DNA from: Candidatus Roizmanbacteria bacterium RIFCSPHIGHO2_12_FULL_37_23
GTDB taxonomy: Bacteria; Patescibacteriota; Microgenomatia; UBA1406; HO2-37-13b
Direction of reading: 5' to 3'
Length of the DNA: 64,000 nt
NCBI GenBank assembly: GCA_001788095.1
Contig: MFZX01000031.1
Coordinates: forward strand, 9,736-73,735
Shown here in pieces: positions 28,239 through 36,563 of this stretch (position 1 is its first letter; the number at the start of each line of letters is the position of its first letter). A model generated the notes under the pieces. That model worked only from the letters and a program-made list of their open reading frames with translations. It was not told the DNA's origin and made no database searches. The translations under genes and the position numbers were made by a program.

Positions 28239-28591
28239 ATTTGTTTTCAGGGAAGTTGAATGATATAATAATATGTTTTCCGTCCTATGGGACGGCTTTA
28301 TTTTAAGCAATCCTCAAGCGTAGACATGTATTTTGCTATATGTTGTATGCTCTAGGATAAAGCTCTTTAACAAAACGCACAATAGCAAGAACCTTTTTCC
28401 GTATTTATAGTTGAATAAGTGGGGCCTGTCTCGCTCTCCCTCCCAGCCGGTGCTCCCTCGACACGAGTCGAGGTCCGCTCCGTCGGGAGACCCTTCCGAG
28501 CGAGCCACCCACACAGCGGTATAAATCACTTCAATTATAGATCTGGAAAAAGGTTCTCATATGCCCAAGAGGAGGTGATGAAAACGGGCGC

Positions 28592-28681
28592 ATGTCCCAA
28601 GTCGCAGTTTCTGAGAACCACTGCAAAACCACCTTACCCGCCTTTCGACCTCAGGTCGAAAACACGAACGCCAAGGAGTAG
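28592..28681 (+). CDS. possible 29-aa peptide MSQVAVSENHCKTTLPAFRPQVENTNAKE
   Basis: AGGAGGTGAT at 28570-28579 upstream (spacing long); stop adjoins the SD of the next ORF. Confidence 0.3.
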   Translation: MSQVAVSENHCKTTLPAFRPQVENTNAKE

Positions 28682-28689
28682 TTAGACAC

Positions 28690-28956
28690 ATGGACGCGAC
28701 CGAGACCGTGTTGGATGATCGTGACGACGGCGAGCGCGAGCCCAGCGACGAGCCCGAGGAGACGGACGGCGATCCCGAGGACGGCGAGGAGACCGACGGC
28801 GACGGCGACGGCGGCGAGACCGGCGACGAGGACGAGCCCGGCGACGAGGAGCCCGAGGACCCGGACGAGGGCGACGACGGTGTCGAGACCGGCGAGGAGA
28901 CCGACGGCGACGGCGGCGAGACCGATCCCGAGGTCCGCCACGAGGAGGACGACTAG
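28690..28956 (+). CDS. hyper-acidic low-complexity protein (88 aa, about 47 D/E)
   Basis: AAGGAG at 28673-28678; GAC/GAG/GGC codons; GEETDGDG repeated. Confidence 0.7.
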   Translation: MDATETVLDDRDDGEREPSDEPEETDGDPEDGEETDGDGDGGETGDEDEPGDEEPEDPDEGDDGVETGEETDGDGGETDPEVRHEEDD

Positions 28957-29553
28957 CGGTGCCGGTCTTCGGCTCTAACAGAGGGGTCTTCGATCCCCAG
29001 GAGACTGCCCTTTCTCACAACGGACCTTGGGGTTACGGGATCCCACACGACCCACCGCGCGACACGTCGCACAAGGACAAGGGTGACAAGCCCGAGAACG
29101 AAGGCGACGACGACCGCGCCACAACCAACTAACCACCGCCGCTTGAGCCACCCGGCTTGAGCTAGTAGGGCGGGACCGCCGGTCCCCAGTCCTCCACAGG
29201 TCTGCTGGCAAACCAACCAGCTCACCCGGCGGTCCCGCCCGTCGCTATCATATTTCGGCACATGCCGAATCCCTGCCCCACGTAAGCGCCGGTTTCCTGG
29301 GCCACAGGGAGCCACCAAACACGCAAGCTCTGGCTTGCAAACGGTTTCTGGGGCGGGACCGGTGTTTGGTGGCTCCCTTGGGGGCTTTGCTATTTGTGCT
29401 GCACGACACCGAAGGGTTTACGAGATACTGGCAAGAGTTTGTTTCTTGCTTTTTTGTTTTTTTTGTTTTGTATCTTGTTGTTTGTTTGTCCCTTTGGTGT
29501 CGTGTGTTGTAGTTTTAATCATATCTTAATCTTTGTCTGCTATTATCTTTCCC

Positions 29554-30654
29554 ATGTCAGACCAAACCCCTTACTACGTCGCCTTCTCATATATGCTGGG
29601 TATTGGGCCTGTTCATTTTGCACAACTTATGCAACGTTTTGGAGATCCAAAATCTGCATATCAAGCAACAACAAAAGATCTTTATAAAATTTTAGGAAGA
29701 AATCTCGCGGAAAAATTTGATACCTTCAGAAAAAAATGTATACCTCATAGTATAGTAAAATACTTGTTAACAAAAAATGTACAAATATTACACCAAGGAT
29801 CTTCATATTACCCAAAAAAACTCGTTCATATACCTGATCCTCCTATTTGTTTATATCTTAGAGGAAATATAAATATCCTACATGAACATCCTGATGATTT
29901 CATAGCAATTGTTGGTACACGAAAACCTAGTTCATATGGCAAAGAGACTACACGACAATGTGTGAAATTATTATGCGAATATGACTATACCATTATTTCT
30001 GGGATGGCTTTAGGGATTGACAGCATAGCCCATTCCTGCGCATTAGACAATGGAGGAAAAACAATAGCTGTCTTAGGATGCGGAATTGAAGTAGTATATC
30101 CCCACCAAAATACACACTTATTTAAAAGGATTTTAGATTGTAATGGCGCTGTTATAAGTGAATTTCCTCCTCCGATGACCACGATGAAAGGTCTTTTTGT
30201 TTCACGCAATCGTATTGTTTCTGGTCTTTCTAAGGCTGTCATTGTCGTAGAGGGTACAGAAAAATCAGGAACTCTCATAACTGCGCGTTATGCAGCAGAA
30301 CAAGGGAGAGACGTCTTTGCAATCCCAGGTGAAATAAATTCTCCCCTCTCTAGAGCCCCAAACTTACTTATTAAAAACGGGGCTACGATCATTACTTCTC
30401 CCCAAGATATTCTTGAATCATACAACACTGAGATAAAAAGTCATGTTCGAAAAACTATCTTAAACTCTGTGGATGCACATGAAAAAATGGTTCTTGAACA
30501 ACTCATCCATGAATCTTCATATATCGACACCATTGCCCGCACAGTGAATATGCCAATTCCACACATAACAAGCATACTTACATCACTTGAAATCAAGGGA
30601 TTTATTGCAAAAAACGATAAAGGAGAATATTATATAACGAATGGATATACGTAA
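29554..30654 (+). CDS. dprA: DNA-protecting protein DprA
   Basis: IPDPPICLY, AIVGTR, ISGMALGID, RNRIVSGLS, SGTLITA. Confidence 0.96.
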   Translation: MSDQTPYYVAFSYMLGIGPVHFAQLMQRFGDPKSAYQATTKDLYKILGRNLAEKFDTFRKKCIPHSIVKYLLTKNVQILHQGSSYYPKKLVHIPDPPICLYLRGNINILHEHPDDFIAIVGTRKPSSYGKETTRQCVKLLCEYDYTIISGMALGIDSIAHSCALDNGGKTIAVLGCGIEVVYPHQNTHLFKRILDCNGAVISEFPPPMTTMKGLFVSRNRIVSGLSKAVIVVEGTEKSGTLITARYAAEQGRDVFAIPGEINSPLSRAPNLLIKNGATIITSPQDILESYNTEIKSHVRKTILNSVDAHEKMVLEQLIHESSYIDTIARTVNMPIPHITSILTSLEIKGFIAKNDKGEYYITNGYT

Positions 30655-31069
30655 AATTAAGTCATTCCAACAAATCGAAGAATTTATCGAGGTTTATTAT
30701 AGACTTCTGCCTTCGTTACCGCTTAATATAAGAAAAAGCATCGCTACATACCTTCCGCCCTTGGCCGCTCTTGTGGGGATTTATCATATTATCGTAGCTC
30801 TCTTACCTCCTCCTTACTCTATTCTCGAATCTTATACGTTCTTTTCAATTAATTCCATCATGCTACGCGGTGTTCTTATTGTTCTAGGACTTGCACTTAT
30901 TACGTCATATAAAAATCTCGCGCAGCTTTCTCTAAAAGGCTGGTACAACCTCTACTACATCGCCTTTTTCCACTTCTTTCTGAGTCTTATTTTCTTTAAT
31001 CTCACTTACTTTATTTCCCCTCTTATCGTATGGTACGTGTTGTTTCAGGCGAAACGATTTTATAGATAA
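30641..31069 (+). CDS. membrane protein
   Basis: About 4 TM; overlaps the dprA stop. Confidence 0.75.
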   Translation: MDIRKIKSFQQIEEFIEVYYRLLPSLPLNIRKSIATYLPPLAALVGIYHIIVALLPPPYSILESYTFFSINSIMLRGVLIVLGLALITSYKNLAQLSLKGWYNLYYIAFFHFFLSLIFFNLTYFISPLIVWYVLFQAKRFYR

Positions 31070-31125
31070 ATCTTATAAGAAGTCACAAGTATGTCTATTC
31101 GCATTTGTGACGTAACTATAAAGAC

Positions 31126-32274
31126 ATGACTCGCAAAAGAAAAGGAAATTACAAAAAGAGGTTCATATTCTTACTACTTGTAGGAGCGTTAGTCATAATT
31201 GGGCTTTATTCAACTAAGAATCTTTACCAAAAAACTATCGTAGATATACCTAAGATCACCAAAATACAACAACTCATTTCACCTATTCCAACTCAAACTA
31301 ACTCATTCCAACTTTTTTCAACCTCTTTATTTGTCCCTTACTGGACCCTCAAAAATACTGAGTTCAATTCTCCAATCTCTCTGCAAGACGGCGGCTTCAA
31401 ATCTCAAATCAACACGCTTATCTACTTTGGTATAACCCCTACCGAAACGGAAATTAACAAAAATGAGCCGGGGTTCTATAATTTGTCAACTTTTAGTATT
31501 TCAAAAAACTCATATCGCGCCTTGCTGACGATCCGGATGTCAAATGAGGATGTTACTTCAACGATTCTCGAAAATGAGACTTCTCAAAAAACAATCATCC
31601 AAGAAACTCTCGAAATAGCTTCCCAATATGATTTTGACGGTATAGTGTTAGATTTAGAACATTCTGTTCTCCCTACATCAGACATTATTCAACAGATCAC
31701 AGATTTCGTAGAAACATTCTCATTGCAAACAAAACAGCAAGAATTAACATTTGGTATGACTATATACGGTGATACATATTATCGTCAAAGACCATATGAT
31801 CTTAAGGCTTTAGATCAATACGTTGATCAATTCTATATCATGGCATACGACTTTCATAAAAGTTACGGTGAACCGGGTCCAAATTTTCCCCTTAAAGGAA
31901 AAGAAATATATGGATACGATATGGAAATAATGATTCGTCAGCTCATTTCTGATATTGACGCTCAAAAACTTACTATCCTGTTTGGTCTGTTTGGTTATGA
32001 TTGGTCAGTGGACGACCAAAATCGCCCGTTGAAACCAGCTCAATCGCTTACATTACGTCAGATCAAAAACCGCTTTCTCGAATCTTGTCCATTCACACCA
32101 TGCTCTATACAAAGAGATAATCTTTCAGCGGAAACAAGCATACAGTATGCAGACGAGACTGGCCAAAAACATGTCGTATGGTTTGAAGATGAAACCTCAG
32201 TAGGTGAAAAAGTAACATTCTTGAACTCGAATTCCATCTCTAATATAGGATATTGGGCATGGGGATACTATTGA
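31126..32274 (+). CDS. glycoside hydrolase family 18 protein
   Basis: FDGIVLDLE (DxxxxDxE), IMAYDFH, VWFED, YWAWG. Confidence 0.88.
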   Translation: MTRKRKGNYKKRFIFLLLVGALVIIGLYSTKNLYQKTIVDIPKITKIQQLISPIPTQTNSFQLFSTSLFVPYWTLKNTEFNSPISLQDGGFKSQINTLIYFGITPTETEINKNEPGFYNLSTFSISKNSYRALLTIRMSNEDVTSTILENETSQKTIIQETLEIASQYDFDGIVLDLEHSVLPTSDIIQQITDFVETFSLQTKQQELTFGMTIYGDTYYRQRPYDLKALDQYVDQFYIMAYDFHKSYGEPGPNFPLKGKEIYGYDMEIMIRQLISDIDAQKLTILFGLFGYDWSVDDQNRPLKPAQSLTLRQIKNRFLESCPFTPCSIQRDNLSAETSIQYADETGQKHVVWFEDETSVGEKVTFLNSNSISNIGYWAWGYY

Positions 32275-32297
32275 ATTCCTCTCCTTTTTCTGCCACA

Positions 32298-32660
32298 ATG
32301 AATTCTATGAACCAGTCATCGGGGACGTCATTGAATTTCACAAAATTACCTCCTCTCAATGCAAAATCCGGAAACAAAAAGACACTTCTTATTATATTAA
32401 TACTTGTATTTTTTGTTATTGCCGTGCTCATAGGAGTTTATCTCGTTTCCCAAAGACAAACGCTACAAACACCAGCTCAAACCATAGAAGAACTACAAGC
32501 CGAACCAACACCTGCCGATAATCAAAATTCACCACCAGAAGAAGAAAATCCACCACCAACTGAAAATCCTCCAGATAATCCGCCTACAGAACCACCTTCC
32601 GGTGATAATGCATGTATATTAGAAGTTCATGTTACCTGTCAAGGTTGTAGTGGAAACTAA
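32298..32660 (+). CDS. single-TM Pro-rich protein
   Basis: KK then TM then NPP repeats. Confidence 0.7.
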   Translation: MNSMNQSSGTSLNFTKLPPLNAKSGNKKTLLIILILVFFVIAVLIGVYLVSQRQTLQTPAQTIEELQAEPTPADNQNSPPEEENPPPTENPPDNPPTEPPSGDNACILEVHVTCQGCSGN

Positions 32661-33468
32661 AACAAAAGCAGCACATATCAATACAGGAGCTGGAAAAATC
32701 AGCCGGAGAAATCTTGTTATACTCATAGCTCTTTTTATCGTGCTTATTGGAGTGGTGACAGGATTGCTGGTAGTACAACAACCTCAAAACATTAAGCCTG
32801 AAGCTGCTGGGGGTGCATGTCCAGCTGAAGCACTTACATGTAGCTGGAACCGCGAGGCCGGAGTAAGCTACGAATATACTATTTTTGATATTACTAATGG
32901 ATCACTACCCGTTAAGCAGGGATCTGTTCCAGCCTCAAACGAGACCGGACAGGTTAATATTTATCATCAACCCGAACCTAATCACACATATCGATGCGCA
33001 GTAACAGCCTCAAATGGATGTAGTGCAGAAGGCCAAGCTTCTTGTCAAGTTACCGAAGCTCCTCCTACTAGTCCCCCCCCTGCAACTGAAACACCTACAG
33101 CTGCTCCAACAGAAGAGATTCAACCTATTGATCAGGGTGTAAGTACTTCGCCTTCACCAACAGCAAGTCCATCTGGCAGACTAACACCCACGGATATAAT
33201 CGTTGTTCATGCAACAAATACACCCACGCCTCAAATAAAAACAGGTGGTACTGGTGGATCAAATATCACTGTAGCAACTAAAACCCCAACACCAACTACA
33301 AGTACAAATAAAGTAGTTTCTCCAACCACTTCAAGCTCATCTTCGAGCTCAAAAACAACAATTACCCCTCGAGCAACAATCACGCTCCCAGCAACTGGAA
33401 TAGCCGAACTCTCTGTAGTAATTCTCCTTTTCGGCGTACTCATTATCGCCGTAGGCTTAGTACTTTAA
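32629..33468 (+). CDS. surface protein with N-terminal TM, S/T/P-rich stalk and C-terminal LPATG plus TM
   Basis: Translated sequence. Confidence 0.78.
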   Translation: MLPVKVVVETKTKAAHINTGAGKISRRNLVILIALFIVLIGVVTGLLVVQQPQNIKPEAAGGACPAEALTCSWNREAGVSYEYTIFDITNGSLPVKQGSVPASNETGQVNIYHQPEPNHTYRCAVTASNGCSAEGQASCQVTEAPPTSPPPATETPTAAPTEEIQPIDQGVSTSPSPTASPSGRLTPTDIIVVHATNTPTPQIKTGGTGGSNITVATKTPTPTTSTNKVVSPTTSSSSSSSKTTITPRATITLPATGIAELSVVILLFGVLIIAVGLVL

Positions 33469-33506
33469 TAAGCTCTCCTAAGTTCACTTAAAACCAACAG
33501 CAGAAA

Positions 33507-33608
33507 AGCAGGTGGCAGGACTGGAAGGGCTCCCGCCAGCGCGCAGTCGTTACAATACGAATAGTTGTGCGAGCACTGGTGGGAGGGAAAGTCCTGACGG
33601 AATCTGCT
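33507..33608. repeat. structured intergenic element, family F (second copy 41631-41693)
   Basis: Shared GGTGGCAG-n4-GGAAGGGCTCC..GGAGG..TGAC with different closing stems. Confidence 0.5.
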
Positions 33609-33918
33609 TTAATTGGGTTTTGAAGATAATAAACTTTCCACTTGACTTCTCCTATAATATAATGTTATGATGAGGGTATAAAAGGCATTTTGGATTGGTA
33701 GGTTAAAGATAATTGAACTCGAATAGGATGCATGATATAATATCCTATAGGATTAATTATATTTACCCTATAAATCGATATCATTATTATGATTAACACT
33801 ACCAATTCAGTTTGTTCTCTCCTGCCTAAGCCGGTCTTACCGGACATGGCGCATATATTAACGGAAAGTCTTATAGCTTCTTGTTATAAAGGGCTAAAAC
33901 TTATATTGTAATATACAT

Positions 33919-36519
33919 ATGTCAGCAGAAATGGAAGTACCAGTTGAGGAGGAAAGCGTCGCACCGATTGATTTTAGAGTGGTTGAAAGACATGATAAAT
34001 CCTGGGGTGAAATGGATACTCGTGAACGAGGTTTGTGGACTACAAGACTTCTTGCTTATGGAGGCCCACTTGCATTCTCGATCATCGCTGCTCTACACCC
34101 ACAACCAGCTCATGCTCGCCCACTTGAGCAAGATCCTGTGAATCAAAGACCTGGTTATGAAATTCATATGGGACAAAGTGAACTCGACGCACTTCGCGGA
34201 CCAGGTATAGCAAATGATATGTATGACGGTTTTGACGGACCTGATCCTGACGATGAGCCAGGAGCAGAAAAAGAACCTGATTCTCAGGCTACAGAGTCTG
34301 ATCCGGGCCCATCACCAACACCCGATCCTGGTGGTCATGTAACTGGCGAGCCACATTCCATTTTTTTCCCAATAGCTATAAATGGTGATCGTGTTTCACT
34401 TGCAACGCCGTCTGAAGAGCCTACTGAGCCACTACACACTCCAACACCAGTCATTAAATTTACTCCTACCCCTTCGCCAAGTCCTATTCCCTCTCCTTCT
34501 CCATCACCCATACCTACACCAGCGCCATATACTGTCACGCTTGATACCGACGCACTCATTTATCATGTGCCAGACGGCGATTCGCTAAGACACGACGGTG
34601 GAGATGAGCCATATGTGTATAGGGGTCATGATATTCCTGAAAATGGAGAACAAGTATTTGTTTGCGTAGATGATCCTGAAAGTCCAGATGGTAAGGGATT
34701 CGTAGAAATTCATGACCTAAATGATGCAATCGATCCTTCAGAAATGCGCCCTATGGACCCTGAATGCGACAAAGATATGGCTTTTAAAGCAGTTGTCCAA
34801 AGAATTAATACAACTGATGAACCTTTAAAACAACAAGTAATCATTGAGCCTATTCGACTAGAAGGTGAAACCGATTTCACACTCCATCTAAGCAGTGATC
34901 CCGAAAACGGATTAAAGGAACCGAAACCTGGTACATTTGTGGAGTTTGCACGAGGAGAACGCGTCATGCCGCAAGAAGATTTTAGCGGAGAAATGATGAC
35001 GCTTGGCGGTATTCGAGGTGAAGGAGTCAGATTTTTAGGAGATGGTATGTTTCAGTTTGAAGGACATGGAGCAAATAGTGAACCTATGCCAATTCCCGAT
35101 GATGGTGTTATACGAGTTCAATATCCGCAAGCTGGAGGAAACTTTGCCGTAGTTGGTGAAGATGCTGTTCCTATTCGGCCTATTGGAAAAATGCCTACAC
35201 AAGATGATGTGCGATGGCAGGAAATAGTGTATCCATATGTTGAAACACCTGCTGGGGGTGAAGTTGATATGGAAATTGAAGTAAACGTTGCTGCAGATCA
35301 TGCCCCTCGCGATAACGACGCGCTCGTAGTGGGAAATGGCCTTAAAGACGCTGAGAATCAAGGAGCGGGTGATCCAAATGTATCAAACATTGCAATAGCT
35401 CCTGATTGGAACGATATATATTATCCTATTGAAATACCGGACTTCCAAAATGTAGCGGGTATTAATGCAGATGAGCTTGCAGTTTACACCACGTATTGGG
35501 ATGAAACAGATCGAAGATGGCCACTGGGCTACGGGCTTGATCGTCCAGTTGTTCAAGAGCTTCGAGTGGCTGCAGTAGAACGTGGTATTGACTTAAGTGG
35601 AAAGTTCTCAGCCGATCTCACTTTAGATCAATATAATCGCTTAAAAAAACTTCCTGGTGCCAATCGGCTTAGAGAAGTAGAGAAAATATATAATCAACGA
35701 ATCGTCGATGCTGTTGAAGTAACAACACCAGATGGATATTTTAGTCTTGGAATGGGGAGTTGGTATGTAAATACCGATGTCTCCCCTTTTATGAGGCTCT
35801 ATAATAATGAACCTAGAACATTTTTTGTTGACTTATTTGAAAAAGCTCGCGAATTAAAACCTGATATTAAAACCAGTGCCCGTTTTGTGAACTTCAACGT
35901 AGAACCAGAGTATCAAGGATTTTGTTATCCTGAAGAACCAGTATGTTTGACGAGTGATGTTATTGGAGAATATGCACAAGCTGCTAAGCTGGATCGCATT
36001 GAGCTTATAGCTACAAGGAATGTGCAGTTTGGCAATGAAAGGATACCGTTTGAGAGAAGAATCGAAATTATCAAAGAAATATATGAGCATCTTACACCTG
36101 GTACCAGAATTCTTCTTGAGGGTATTGGTTTGGTAAGTTATACAAGCGGTGATAGGTATGATTATAGTTATTCGCTTGCCTACCATCAAGAAATATTACA
36201 GATGTATTATGCTTTGCTTGCAGAAGGCATCCCTGTTGATCTGGAGTTTTTCGCAGACGGCTCTGGGTTTTATCCTAATTTTGTTGACGGGCCTATGCCA
36301 CGAGATGTACGTGATTTTGATGTACACGGATATGGGCTTCGCGCTGAAGAAGTGTTTGGAGCGGTAAGAGATGCCCTTAGGAAGGGTAATCGTATACAAG
36401 GAAATAGACCACGCCCTGTCACTATAAAACAAGCATTTCCCGGCATTGAACGTGTACAACAAGGGGTTCTTGTTCCCAGACGCGAACTTTTAGTATCTCC
36501 ACACCAAGGACGACGATAA
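33919..36519 (+). CDS. large acidic hypothetical protein with TM/signal and PSP linker
   Basis: 866-aa ORF, leaderless-type start. Confidence 0.8.
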   Translation: MSAEMEVPVEEESVAPIDFRVVERHDKSWGEMDTRERGLWTTRLLAYGGPLAFSIIAALHPQPAHARPLEQDPVNQRPGYEIHMGQSELDALRGPGIANDMYDGFDGPDPDDEPGAEKEPDSQATESDPGPSPTPDPGGHVTGEPHSIFFPIAINGDRVSLATPSEEPTEPLHTPTPVIKFTPTPSPSPIPSPSPSPIPTPAPYTVTLDTDALIYHVPDGDSLRHDGGDEPYVYRGHDIPENGEQVFVCVDDPESPDGKGFVEIHDLNDAIDPSEMRPMDPECDKDMAFKAVVQRINTTDEPLKQQVIIEPIRLEGETDFTLHLSSDPENGLKEPKPGTFVEFARGERVMPQEDFSGEMMTLGGIRGEGVRFLGDGMFQFEGHGANSEPMPIPDDGVIRVQYPQAGGNFAVVGEDAVPIRPIGKMPTQDDVRWQEIVYPYVETPAGGEVDMEIEVNVAADHAPRDNDALVVGNGLKDAENQGAGDPNVSNIAIAPDWNDIYYPIEIPDFQNVAGINADELAVYTTYWDETDRRWPLGYGLDRPVVQELRVAAVERGIDLSGKFSADLTLDQYNRLKKLPGANRLREVEKIYNQRIVDAVEVTTPDGYFSLGMGSWYVNTDVSPFMRLYNNEPRTFFVDLFEKARELKPDIKTSARFVNFNVEPEYQGFCYPEEPVCLTSDVIGEYAQAAKLDRIELIATRNVQFGNERIPFERRIEIIKEIYEHLTPGTRILLEGIGLVSYTSGDRYDYSYSLAYHQEILQMYYALLAEGIPVDLEFFADGSGFYPNFVDGPMPRDVRDFDVHGYGLRAEEVFGAVRDALRKGNRIQGNRPRPVTIKQAFPGIERVQQGVLVPRRELLVSPHQGRR

Positions 36520-36563
36520 TGTTACTACTTGCTTTTCAACGCATATCTTTTTAAGATGAAAGT

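Larger units (their letters stand above)
28261..29510 (+). other. boxA-led GC-rich transcription unit 3
   Basis: TGATATAAT 28261-28269, hairpin 28311-28358, boxA GCTCTTTAACA 28362-28372, closing stem 28377-28388/29387-29399. Confidence 0.75.

Noticed and set aside
28651-29318. Hydrophobic antisense ORF 28651-28941, Arg/Thr-rich frame 28715-28978 and ORFs 28953-29318
   Set aside because: Mirror or alternative frames of the acidic ORF and structured UTR; no SD, and the promoter and boxA are on the + strand
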